Shown: positions 42,169 to 52,466, counted from the stretch's first letter. The stretch: DNA of 64,000 nt from an uncultured Chloroflexia bacterium (GCA_963716815.1 CAVQUM010000012.1:145030-209029), one strand, 5' to 3'. Program-made: numbers and translations. Notes: a model not told the origin generated them from the sequence alone.

Positions 42169-43471
42169 ATGAACTCGAACGAGAACAAGACCGCCCGACT
42201 GACCATCACGCAGGACCGCGAGCTTGTCCGGGGCCGCTGGCACAGCGCCCGTTTCGTCGTGGCGCGTCTGATCGCGCCGGAGGCCACGACCAACGCCGAG
42301 CGCTCGCCCGTGAACCTGGGCTTCGTCATCGACCGCTCAGGCTCCATGGCCAACGGTCGGCTTGCGCTCGCGCTGGCGGCGGTCCAGGAAGCCATCGGTC
42401 GGCTCAAGTCGCAGGACCGCTTGCAGCGTGGTGGTCTACGACAACGAGATCGAGACCGTCGTGTCGGGTGCCACCGCGACGGCGAGCGCGAAGGCATCTG
42501 CCGTCGCGCGGCTGCGCACCGTCCAACCGCGCGGCTCGACGGACCTCGGTGGTGGCTGGCTCCAGGGTTGTGAGCACGTGGCCTCCGAGTTCATGGAGCA
42601 GGGTGTCAACCGCGTCCTGCTCCTGACCGATGGCTTGGCCAACCAGGGCATGACCGATCCGGCCGATCTAGCGCACCACGCCGAGGAGCTTCGCAGGCGC
42701 GGGGTCTCGACCTCGACCTTCGGTGTCGGCAATGGCTTCAACGAGGTCCTCCTCCAGGCCATGGCCCAGGCCGGCGGTGGCCAGTTCTACGACATCGCCA
42801 CCCCCGAGCAGATCCGCGACCACATCGAGAGCGAAGTGGGCGAGACACTCGAGATCGTGGCGCGCAACGTCGCGCTCGACGTGATGTACCCCCAGGGTGT
42901 CCGCTTCGAGTCACTCGGTGCCTTCCAGGCCCGGGTGGCCCGCGACCGCGCCATCGTCGAAATCGGAGACCTCGTGTCCGGCCAGGAGGTCGAGGTGCCG
43001 CTGCGCCTCTCGTTCCCGACCGGCGCCGAGGGCGAGTCGGTCACGGCCATGTTCGGTGTGGCCGATCGCGCTGGCATCTTCCAGGGCTCAACCGGCCGGG
43101 CTTCGTTCGCATTCGCCGACGACCACGCCAACGACATCCAGCCGCGGGTGACCGAGGTCGACCGAGTGGTCGCGGAGATCTACGCCGCCCGGGCGCGTCA
43201 GCAGGCGGTCGAGCGCAACCGTGGCGGTGACTTCGATGGTGCCCGCGAGGTCCTGCGCTCGACGGCTCACCGCATCCGCGTGTACGCGGCTGGCGATCCG
43301 GTGCTCATCGGCATCATGGAGCAGTTGTTGCGCGACGCGGAGGTGTTCCACCGGGTCATGGCCGAGCGCTCGCGCAAGGAGCACTACGCCACGAGCCACC
43401 ACCGCCTGCGCTCCCGCGACTCCGAGGGTAAGGCGCGCAAGGTCGACCGGCGGTTCGAGCAGTCGTACTAG
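42169..43471 (+). CDS. von Willebrand factor A domain protein (frameshift ~42420)
   Basis: MIDAS motif IDRSGSM, T in GSTD, LLTDG.AN, TFGVG and GGG.FY. Confidence 0.88.
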
Positions 43472-43529
43472 GCTGCGAGCGGGGCCGTATCGATCACGTC
43501 GGAGATCGCCTGAGGGTCGCTCATCTTCA

Positions 43530-43710
43530 GCGAGGAACGTCACCAAGGCCCGGGCGTCCTCGGTCGACCCGAAGCGCTCGGGGAGGCCAGGGCGGTACTC
43601 GAGCGTCCTGAAGTGGGTCTCGCTGACGGGGATCATTGCTCACGCGCGGCCGGCTCTGGCTCTTGGTGATGCCGAAGTCGGCCGGGAGTAGGGCCACCGG
43701 CCTGCACGCC
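43530..43710 (-). mobile_element. Degenerate DDE transposase (IS3/rve integrase core) fragment
   Basis: LLPADFGITKSQSRPRVSND, then after a frameshift SETHFRTLEYRPGLPERFGSTEDARA. This matches the SRP.VSNDNP.SE..F.TLKY.P.FP.RF pattern of IS3-type transposases. Confidence 0.7.
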
Positions 43711-43775
43711 ATCGCTGCATCGTGCGCTTCGCGTGGGTTCCGTGATGGCCGCCGTGCTGGCGTAGTCTTGCTGAC

Positions 43776-44081
43776 ATGGATGAAGTGACGACCCTCGGTG
43801 ACCAAGCGCACGATGCGCTCGCAGCCTATGAGGACCTCGAGAGCCTCGCGGAGGAGATCGAGGACGAGTGGACGTATGTCACCGATCTCCACGCTGCGTG
43901 GCGTGGCCGGATCGAGGAGCTGATCGAGGCGCGGGGCGCGGAGCCCGTCACCGCGCTCGAGGCGGCAGCCATCCGTCGTGCGGTCGATGAGATCGGCCGT
44001 ATCAGCGACCCGCACCGTGCCATCGACTGGCTCTCGACGTTCCCGCAGATCGTGCTCCTCACCCTGGGCGGGCGGTCGTGA
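43776..44081 (+). CDS. Small acidic helical hypothetical protein
   Basis: 101-aa ORF with TAGTCT 7 nt upstream of the ATG; GTGA overlap with the next gene. Confidence 0.65.
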   Translation: MDEVTTLGDQAHDALAAYEDLESLAEEIEDEWTYVTDLHAAWRGRIEELIEARGAEPVTALEAAAIRRAVDEIGRISDPHRAIDWLSTFPQIVLLTLGGRS

Positions 44082-44743
44082 GGTTCCAGGATGCTGCGCA
44101 GGATGCCCGCGCCATCACCTATGCGGCCATCCAGGCAGAGCCTGTGGTGGCGCAGGCGGCCGGCCTCCTCGCCGATGCCACGCCCGCGCAGCGGCTGCTG
44201 GCCAGGTCGGTCATGAACGGCGAGACGCTCGATCCTGATGGCTGGCGGACGATGTTCCCGACGCTGTTCGGGCCGACCGTCGAGCCGTCCGAGCGCGAGC
44301 GATCGGAGGCCATCCTGACCGCGTCACTGGCCATCGCCGACCGGGGCGATCAGACGCGCAACCAGCTGCGCGGCGCACTCGTCGAATTGCTGACCGTCGA
44401 GCTGCTCGGGCGCCGGGTCGGGGCGCCGGGTGTCCGTCGCGAGCGGCGCATCCTGTTCGATGGCGTACGTGCGGAGATCCACCCCTACGACGTCACCGTC
44501 GAGCGCTCGGGCGCAGCTGAGGTCTACGACTGCAAGTGGGGAGCTCGCGGCATCAACGCGGACGTGCTCCACCAGTTGGAGGATGCGCGCGCGAACGCCG
44601 AGGCCGAAGACGAGGTGCTGCGCGTGGCCCTCGTCGTGCTCGACGCCGAGCTCTCGTGTCGCGTCCGACTCGAGCGCCAGACCGCGCCGCACGACCGTTC
44701 CGGCCTGGTGACGCTCGAGTCCCTGGAGTCCCTGTCGAGCTGA
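44078..44743 (+). CDS. Hypothetical protein with PD-(D/E)XK-like nuclease motif
   Basis: E(44390 region)...PYDV.....AEVYDCKWG pattern followed by a helix and a beta strand. Confidence 0.5.
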   Translation: MRFQDAAQDARAITYAAIQAEPVVAQAAGLLADATPAQRLLARSVMNGETLDPDGWRTMFPTLFGPTVEPSERERSEAILTASLAIADRGDQTRNQLRGALVELLTVELLGRRVGAPGVRRERRILFDGVRAEIHPYDVTVERSGAAEVYDCKWGARGINADVLHQLEDARANAEAEDEVLRVALVVLDAELSCRVRLERQTAPHDRSGLVTLESLESLSS

Positions 44744-44759
44744 CATTCCCCAACGGCCG

Positions 44760-45086
44760 GCGTACGCGAGCTTCGAAGAGAGGCCAGCGCGATCCCGCGG
44801 CGGGTCAGTGCGAGGCCACCGTCCGAGCTGGTCTCGGAGGGGCGCGACGAGTGGGTGCGCCGTACTGGACAGCTCGGCCTTGGTCAAGACGATCGTAGCG
44901 GAGCAGGGGACGGAGGCCCTCCGAGCGGTCCGGCACCTGGGGCCACAGGCACTGGCCCGCGTGCGTGAGGCATTGCGCCGAGTCGACCTGGCGGCCATCG
45001 ACGACCTGCGCGTCGTGGTCACCTACGACGAGCGCATGATCAAGGCCCCGTCACTCCTGGGCATCCCGACCGCGACCCCCGCCTGA
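44760..45086 (+). pseudogene. Internally deleted TA remnant (antitoxin C-terminus plus shortened PIN toxin)
   Basis: ...PSELVSEGRDEW, then LDSSALVK..VAE, LRRVDL and VVTYDERM. About half of a PIN domain is missing. Confidence 0.65.
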
Positions 45087-45134
45087 GCCCCTCGGCCATC
45101 CCGGGTGCCTCAGCGTCAGGCGCCGCTGGGCGAA

Positions 45135-45740
45135 TCAGGACTCGGGCAGTGACTCCACGGTCTCTTCGACCAACTCCGCCGGCACCGCAAGCAACCAGAG
45201 GGCGTCACCTCGAGCCAGGATCACGAACCCACCGCCTTCGGGATCCTCGGCGATGCTGAGCATGATCACATCCACATCACCCACCTGGGTCTCCTCCACG
45301 ACCGCGCCGGGCATGTCCTCCTCGAAGGCGGCGACGAAGAGCGGCAGCGCCGGCTCGATATCTCCGCCTCGGACCTGGAAGGCAATGATCGTTGCGTACT
45401 CGTACTCGCCCAGATCGACGTAGCTGGTGGCGACCGCAGCATCGTCCAGCGTCGCCCCGGCAGCCGCGGCCAGCTCGTGGAGCTGGTCGATGTCCGCGGC
45501 ATCGTCAGGGTCGCTCGGATCCATCTCGCCGATGAGTTCCTGTCCGACGTTGATCTCGAGGTTGTCCAGGAGCGACACACCTCCGACCGTCTCGGGGAAC
45601 AGGGCTGCGAACTCGGCGGCATGCTCCTCCATCTCCGGCGTGCGCTCGATGGGCGGTGGCGTCTGGGCGAGGACACCACCCGCTTGCACGAGCAGCAGCG
45701 TCGTGGCCAACGTGGCACTGAGCAGTCGAGTCCTGGTCAT
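45135..45740 (-). CDS. Secreted acidic hypothetical protein; paralog of 24241-24904
   Basis: Signal peptide ending VLAQ; shared C-terminal motif with the 24241 gene. Confidence 0.7.
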   Translation of the reverse strand: MTRTRLLSATLATTLLLVQAGGVLAQTPPPIERTPEMEEHAAEFAALFPETVGGVSLLDNLEINVGQELIGEMDPSDPDDAADIDQLHELAAAAGATLDDAAVATSYVDLGEYEYATIIAFQVRGGDIEPALPLFVAAFEEDMPGAVVEETQVGDVDVIMLSIAEDPEGGGFVILARGDALWLLAVPAELVEETVESLPES

Positions 45741-45741
45741 A

Positions 45742-46227
45742 TCATCCCCTTTGCGGCGATTGCCCCTGCAGTCTACGGCTGCCGTCACCAGCCGAGCCGG
45801 CGACTTCCTCCACGATCTCGCTGGGGCGGCGTCCGAGGCCGGCCTTGAGCAGGGCCTTGTCCAGCGTCGCGAGCTGCGCTCCTCGAGCGCGGGCCACAGC
45901 GGCGTAGGTCGCGTCGTACATGGTCAGTCGGTGCTGCTCCGCGAGCCGAGCGGCGCGTCGCCGGTCCGAGGCCGTCGGCGCGATCACCGGGCAGATCCCA
46001 GCGAGGATTTCGAGGATGACCACCGTCTGTTCCGCGGTGGCACCGGTACGACCGCGAAGGACGATGTTGGCGAGCTCGTATCGAGTCAGGTCGAGCACTG
46101 ACAACGCGATGCTGCGCTCTCCGAACAGCCTCACCAAGGCACGCGAGGCCTCGACACCGACCTCACCTTCGGTATGGAACCACTGGTAGACCACGCTCGT
46201 GTCGCTAACGACGCCGATCACAGGCAT
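45742..46227 (-). CDS. vapC: PIN-domain (VapC-like) toxin
   Basis: VVSDTSVVYQW, YELAN, YDATYAAVA and TLDK. Confidence 0.87.
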   Translation of the reverse strand: MPVIGVVSDTSVVYQWFHTEGEVGVEASRALVRLFGERSIALSVLDLTRYELANIVLRGRTGATAEQTVVILEILAGICPVIAPTASDRRRAARLAEQHRLTMYDATYAAVARARGAQLATLDKALLKAGLGRRPSEIVEEVAGSAGDGSRRLQGQSPQRG

Positions 46228-46459
46228 CTCGCTCGCGCCGGTCACGCGCGACCTCCTCGGCGGCGTCGGCGGGACCAAGGCCGGCTAGCGCCGCCTGTCC
46301 GGCTGCCAGCGCAGCCTCCAGCTCCTCGGGGTCCCGCCAACCGAGCTCGTGTAGCGCTGCCTGCCGGAAGAACGCGCTTCGGCTCAGGCCTCGATCGTCC
46401 GCCTCACGGTCGATGTCGGCCAGGAGGTCTGCGGGCAGAGAGATGAGTACTTTTGCCAA
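46205..46459 (-). CDS. Ribbon-helix-helix (CopG-like) antitoxin
   Basis: KVLISLPADLLADID..A...GLSRS.F; overlaps the PIN start. Confidence 0.85.
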   Translation of the reverse strand: MAKVLISLPADLLADIDREADDRGLSRSAFFRQAALHELGWRDPEELEAALAAGQAALAGLGPADAAEEVARDRRERDACDRRR

Positions 46460-46531
46460 GTTTCGAGTATGTACGGGGGATATCCCGTGAGCAACGATGT
46501 CGCCACGGTGGCGAGCGACGCTCGCCGGCCC

Positions 46532-48256
46532 TTACCCAGCCCTTCGGAGGCGCTCCGCCAGGGCAGGGGGTGCGATGATCGACGACGTGTGTGGTCGCGC
46601 GCGTCAGCCCCACGTAGAGCAGTTCGTCGAGGCGCCCTGCGCCCTCGGGCAACTCGCACAGCACGATGACCTCGCGCTCCAGGCCCTTGAAGCGACGGAT
46701 GGTCTCGAAGAGCACGACATCGCCGGGCTCATCGGGCACCTCCTCCGGCGGCAGGCCCTTCGATCGACCAGCCTCGTCGAAGGCCTCGTTCCACAACACG
46801 GCGTTGCCGAACCTCCGCTGGGCCCACACCGCGCTCTTCGTCGGCGTCGCACCCGAGAGCACCGCGATGCGGAACTCGGGCACCTGCTCCTCGACGGTCA
46901 AGCGGTGCAGCGCCACGCGCACGGCCTCCACCGTGGCCGCGCCCGCTTCCGCGTCGACGATTTCCGCGGGCAGTCCCTCCTCGCGGAAGACGTCGATCTC
47001 CACGTCGTCGTCTCGGAAGCGCGACGCCAGGCGCGACACGGCCGGCGGCGTGCGATGGTCCTCGAACAGCTCCAGCGGCTCCAGCCCCAGCCCGCCTACG
47101 ACATCGGGCCGGAACAGCGCCTGCGCGGGGTCGTGGAAGACCCAGAACACGCCGTCCTTGGTGTCGAACAGCATCATCCCCAGCGATGCCAGCCAGCCGG
47201 GGGCGAAGTCCTGTCCCTCGTCCACGATGACCGCGTGGTAGCGCATGTCCAGGTCGGCATCGATGGCCGCGTCCAGCGCATCGGGCAGGGTCTCGTCCCA
47301 CCACGTCTGCGGAATCGGGCTCGGCCGCGCCGGCAAGACCCCGGCACGAGCGCCCATCAGCTCGCACAGCCGATGGAAGGTGGTCACGTCCAGCCCGGCC
47401 GGCGCCTTCGTTTCGGCCAGGTCGCGCTGCATCGTGGTCGCGAGACGTTGGTTGAAGCAGACCAGCAGCGTGCGATAGCCCTCGCTCGCGAGCCGCCGCG
47501 CCTTCTCCGCGGCCAGCATCGACTTGCCCGAGCCGGCCGGTCCCACCACCTCCACCTGGCGCAGCGCCCGCGAGCGATTGAGGATGCGCGACTGCGTGCG
47601 CGAGGCCTCCACCAGCGCCGCGCGGTCGTCCTCGATGCGCCCGCGCACGAGCCGGTGCAGCGACACCGTCGGCCGCAGCAGTTCGTCCACCAGCTGCACG
47701 CCCTTGGGCCCCAGCGGTGCGTAGCGGCCCGCTCCGTCACCGCGCCAGTAGTCGAAGACGTGGTCGAGCCAAGCCTGGATCCGTCGGTCGTCTCGAGCGC
47801 ATGCGCATCGAGCACGAGGTCGGTCGGCGCATCGACCCCCAGGCCGAAGCAGCGAGTGCCCCCGCGGCAGCGACTCGAGGTCGACATCGGGGAAGGCCAC
47901 GGCGTGCCCCGCGAGCGGATCGACGTCACGAGGCCAGTCGGGCAGGTCCACCAGCTTGGCCCGCAGGTAGTGCTTGGACGTCTTGGCCTGCTCGAACGGC
48001 GACACGGGCAGGACCGTGGCCCCAGGTGCCAGTGCCCGTCGTGGTCGACCGACGGTTCGCCCGACTTGACCTCCAGCACCAGCAGGCCGTAGTCGGGATG
48101 GGTGATGACCGCGTCCGCTTCGCCGTCGCGCGCCGGCCCATGCGTGCGCACCGGCCCGGTCCAGTTGACGTTGACGTAGATGCGGTACTCGTCCTTTGGC
48201 AGCGCCGCCCGCAACCGCTCCTCGACCTGGCGCTCGGCCGCCTCCCCGCGAGTCAT
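46532..48256 (-). CDS. NERD nuclease fused to SF1 helicase-like ATPase (frameshifts ~48030, ~47800, ~46580)
   Basis: NERD GEADAVITH...LLVLEVKSG and PFEQA; GPAGSGKS, VDEGQDF, TIRRFKGLE and LYVGLTRA. Confidence 0.8.
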
Positions 48257-48333
48257 GGGCGGAGTCTGCGTGCGGTGACCTCGGAGCGCAACGTCTCAGA
48301 GGTCCCGGACGAGCATGTGTGGATACTGTGCGC

Positions 48334-48486
48334 ATGGCTCGCGTCAACGTCTATCTGCCAACGGACCTTGCCCACGACGCCCGTGCCGCCGGCCTGAACG
48401 TGTCCGCCCTGGCAAGGGCCGCCCTGCGCGAGGTCCTCGCGGACGTCCACGAGGCGCGGGAGGAGCTGGAGCGCGGTCGCGAGTGA
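48334..48486 (+). CDS. Short CcdA-like/RHH antitoxin (appears shortened)
   Basis: MARVNVYLPTDLA..ARAAGLNVSAL; GTGA overlap with the PIN remnant. Confidence 0.65.
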   Translation: MARVNVYLPTDLAHDARAAGLNVSALARAALREVLADVHEAREELERGRE

Positions 48487-48720
48487 CGGAGGTACTGGTC
48501 CTCGAGGCCCTGGCGCAGGCGCCGTTCGAGCGTCACGCGCTGGCGTCGCTCGTGGCTGCGGCATGGGACCGAGGAAGGAACTCGCGTCTCGTGGATGCGC
48601 TCTACATCGCGCTTGCGGCCCAGCTCTCGGCGCCGATCGTCACCTTGGACCGCGGCCTCGCGTCCACGGCTCCCCACGCCGAGCTGCTCGACGTCGCACC
48701 GCCCGGGACTCGGGCCACTC
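48483..48720 (+). pseudogene. PIN toxin remnant lacking the N-terminal catalytic segment
   Basis: VTEVLVL is joined directly to EALAQAP...; it retains DALYIALA..L.API.TLDR.LA. The frame runs on to 48917. Confidence 0.6.
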
Positions 48721-48742
48721 GCGATGGAGGTGACGCCGCCCA

Positions 48743-49992
48743 ATGGCTGAGATCACTCCCCGGCCCGTCGGTCGGGTCCAGAGCCTCATCGGCACGCCGT
48801 TGCGCGCGGAGGTGGACCTGCCCGACGACGAGGCCCTGGCCGCCTATGAGATCGAGCTCGTGCCGGGGAAGCGGGGCGGGCGTTCCACGGCCTGGGCCGA
48901 ACCGACCTGGCGGGTGACCAGCGGACGACCCCGGATCGAGGCGGTCGATGGCCATCCCGCCTTCGAAGGCATGTCCATCGGTCACCGCCGACCGACTGTT
49001 CGCATCGGTTCGGACGAGTCGTTCGACGCCTACGCCTGGCGCCTCCATCAGGACGGGAACTCGATCGAGTCAGAGGCAAGCACGACCGACGGCATCGAAC
49101 CCGACGGCCTGGGTGCCGAGCTTCGGCCCTCGGGACGACTGCGGCGATCGGGCCGGGCAGGCCAGCCGCGGCGCAGGACGTGTTCTATCCGCCGTTCGAC
49201 TCGCATCTGCCGGACATGCCGCGGAGCGAGGCCTCACGCATCGCCTACACCCCGCTCACCCACGCCGGCCACACCGGTCACGATGCCTATGCGGTCGACT
49301 TCAACTGGGGATCGGGTGAGGCCGATCGCGGACATTGGGTCCGCGCGGCTGCGACCGGCGTCGTGAGCCATATCGATGCCGACAACGGCCAGGTGCACAT
49401 CCGCCACGCGGGCATCGACGGTGAGCGCGACTGGGAGACCGTGTACGCCCACCTCGATCAGATCCGGGTCCGCGAGGGCCGACGCGTGCGACCGTACGAG
49501 CGCATCGGCCGGATCGGCTCCACCTACCACGGCGACGAGACCATCTCTCCGCACCTGCATCACCAGCACCGGGTGGACGGCCAGCCCACACGTATGCGTC
49601 TGTTGGTCGACGGGGAGGTCAGGCCCATCGGCGTCAGCCGTCCCGATCCCGGGCGGACCATCGTGGGCCGTGCGCCGGTGCCCGGCTGGGAGCGACCTCG
49701 GGGCCCGGCGCCGGCGCAGCTGGCCGTGCGGACCCGGCGAGCTGCGGACCGGGTGTGGTCGCCCTGGACCGAGCTCCCGTTCGTGGTCGCGCGCAAGGGC
49801 GCACCGACCATCGGCGAGCACGACGCAGCGTTCGAGCCCGAACCCGACAGGGCCGACATCGCAGTCGCGTACACCGGCCCGGCCGTCGAGCCGGGCGAGT
49901 ACACGGTCCGCTATCGGGCTCGCGGCGACGCCGGCACGACCACGCCGTGGGCCTACGACCGTTCGATCGTCGTCGAGCCGGCGCTGGCCTGA
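48743..49992 (+). CDS. M23-family metallopeptidase domain protein with flanking beta-rich domains (frameshift ~49150)
   Basis: H...AVDFNW, VRAAATG.V, VYAHL and PHLH; C-terminal WSPW motif. Confidence 0.7.
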
Positions 49993-50118
49993 GGCACCGG
50001 GTCGGACCAGGCCAGGGCTTCGCGCTCTTCCGTTTCGGGGGCGACCGTGGCCGCGCCTTCGAAGTCCCACCTTTGGGGCTTGCCCGTGGCGGCAGGGGTG
50101 GTGCATCCTGTCACCACC

Positions 50119-50373
50119 ATGGACCGCCCGGTGCAGGTCTTGATCAGCGTGCAGGAGCGTAGACGCGCCCGCCGCCGAGCCGCCGAGCAGGGCCTCACGC
50201 TCTCGGACTACATCGCGGGACTCGTCCGTGCGGACCTCGATTCGTGGTCACCGGACCCCGGCGCTCCGGCCATCATCCCGGTCGTCGCTGACGACGTCCC
50301 TCCCGACCACGAGGGCATCTACATCGGCGAGGCCGTGGCCGAGCGCATGAAGCAGACGAACCGGCCCGGTTAG
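50119..50373 (+). CDS. Small orphan RHH-like DNA-binding protein
   Basis: VQVLISVQERRRARRRAAEQGLTLSDYIAGLVRADL. Confidence 0.55.
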   Translation: MDRPVQVLISVQERRRARRRAAEQGLTLSDYIAGLVRADLDSWSPDPGAPAIIPVVADDVPPDHEGIYIGEAVAERMKQTNRPG

Positions 50374-50510
50374 TCGCGCCCCTCAGGGGCCGTCCCGGGG
50401 AGATTGTTCCGGGCTGCGTGGACCGCTGGATACGTGCCTCGCACGGGGGCAGACTTGTGCTCGTGGGCGCGAGTCCGCGTGAGGGCCGCGCCCCGGAAGG
50501 GGGACTCAAG

Positions 50511-51382
50511 ATGCTCTGTCTGACTTCGCGCCATGGCCGGACTGTGACGAGCGGGACCGTCGCCACCATCGTCGTCGCGAGTGTGCTCACACTGGCCCTT
50601 GCCGTGCCGGCGTCGGCGCGGCCCACTTGCACCGTCGAGGGCGGGCCAGGCAACGACGTCCTGAAGGGCACGCTCGGTGACGACGTCATGTGTGGCAATG
50701 GCGGGGACGACACGTTCTACGGGTTCAGCGGGGATGACCAGATATACGGCGGCTCCGGGATCGACAGGGTCTTCGCGGGCAAGGGTGCTGACTACATCGC
50801 TACGGGACCCGGTAACGACATCATTCGCGGGGGCCGTGGCAACGACACGGTCTACGCGGGGACAGGCAACGACATGGTCGCGGGCGACCGGGGCGAGGAC
50901 GTGATCCACGGCGGGCTCGGCAACGACCGGCTCTACGGTGGAGAGCATCGCGACGTGATCTTCGGCGGCGACGAGTGGTGCGAGCAACCACACTTGTGCC
51001 CCGGCCCCGTTCGCGACATCCTGCGGGGCGGCCCCGGTCTGGCTAGCGACTACCTGTACGGCGATGGCTGCAGCTCAACCATCGGTGACGACGACGACAT
51101 CCGCGGCGGCGTGGTCGTCCGCGGCGGCGGTGGAGACGACTACATCGTGGGCACCGCGATCGCTGACGAGATCTTGGGCGGCTCCGGCAACGACGTCATC
51201 AAAGGCTTGCGCGGAGGCGACGAGCTCCACGGCGGCCCGGGTGCCGACACCGTCTATGGCGGTGGGGCGCGTTCGAGGCGCCCGACGGCGTGAAGGACAA
51301 GCTCTTCGGCGGCCGCGGCTACGACAAGGCCTGGCGGGAGCTCATCGACATCGTCTGGAACGTGGAGAAGCTGTTCCCATAG
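50511..51382 (+). CDS. Secreted calcium-binding RTX-repeat protein (frameshift ~51270)
   Basis: Signal peptide ending ASAR, then GGxGND repeats; the C-terminus is in another frame. Confidence 0.82.
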
Positions 51383-51411
51383 TCGCTCGCGCCGAGTGCG
51401 ACACACAGAAC

Positions 51412-51435
51412 GGCCCGGGCTCTTCTGCCCGGGCC
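51412..51435. terminator. GC-rich hairpin between convergent genes
   Basis: GGCCCGGGC-TCTTCT-GCCCGGGCC. Confidence 0.6.
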
Positions 51436-51463
51436 TTGCCTCTATCAGGCGCGAGGGCCGTCG

Positions 51464-52237
51464 CTAGCTGACCTTGCTCAAGAGGCCGGTGGAGCCGGCG
51501 CCGCTCGAGTGGAGGGAACCGTCCTCGTCCCCTTCAGTGGATTCGGACTTGGGCAGACCCCAGGGGTTGCCCACGCCGGTGTCGTCCTTGTTCTCAGGGG
51601 ACTCGGACGTGTCGTCGTCGGCCTCTGCCTGGGCCTCCGCCTCGGCAGCGACCGTCTCGGCTTCGGAGATCACGTCGGCTTCGTCGGTCGTCCCGTCGGT
51701 CGTCTCGCCTGACTCGTCCTCGACCGACTCGTCCTCGACGGCGCCTGCGGTCTTGGCTACGGCCTTCGCGGCCTCAGCCGCCGGGGTGCCGGAGAGGTCG
51801 ACGTCGTCGCTGCTGAGTGCGATGTGCGGGACCACGATGGCCTCGTTCTCGCCCTTCCACACCTGTAGCTCCACGACCACCAGGGGGAGGTGCTCGGCCA
51901 GCGTCTCGAGCGTGGTCTGGTAGCGGTCGGAGATGGCCTCGGTCACGAGGACCGCGACGTGGGTCTTGTCGGGATGACGAACGCGGTTGCGAGCCCAGTT
52001 GTCGAGGACGCCGAAGCCACGGGAGGCTTCCATCTCGCCCATCTGCACGTCGACGCTGAAGCAGCGGTCGTCGTCGGTGGCCACGAACGAGCGGTCGTCA
52101 TCGGTAGCACCATCGGTCGGATCCAGTTCGCCCAAGCCCAGGCGGCTCGGCTGTTCCTTGAGCCACGCCTGCAGCCACGCTTCGTCCTTGCCCAGGTCGG
52201 TGATCGTCGAAACGACCCCGGAAACGAAATCAGTCAT
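51464..52237 (-). CDS. Degenerate NucS/PD-(D/E)XK-like domain protein with long acidic tail
   Basis: DEAWLQ.WL...PS.LGLG, VQMGE and H.AVLVTE resemble NucS-like domains; the catalytic positions look altered. Confidence 0.5.
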   Translation of the reverse strand: MTDFVSGVVSTITDLGKDEAWLQAWLKEQPSRLGLGELDPTDGATDDDRSFVATDDDRCFSVDVQMGEMEASRGFGVLDNWARNRVRHPDKTHVAVLVTEAISDRYQTTLETLAEHLPLVVVELQVWKGENEAIVVPHIALSSDDVDLSGTPAAEAAKAVAKTAGAVEDESVEDESGETTDGTTDEADVISEAETVAAEAEAQAEADDDTSESPENKDDTGVGNPWGLPKSESTEGDEDGSLHSSGAGSTGLLSKVS

Positions 52238-52466
52238 CCCTTGCTCCTCGCGCTAACGGGCTCGGCGCCGGCGCGGGTGCCGGACACGTCCGCTCGAGTA
52301 CACCGCTGCTCTGCGTTCTGCACCACAGGCCCGAAGGTCCGCCCCCCGATGGGTCTGGTGGCGCGCCTGTGCACCATCCGATTCGCGCGCGTGTGCGACG
52401 ATTGGTCATTCCCCCTCGCCACCCGCACTCGCGCCTGCCCTGTCTGTGCTCCCGAAAGGAGCTTCG

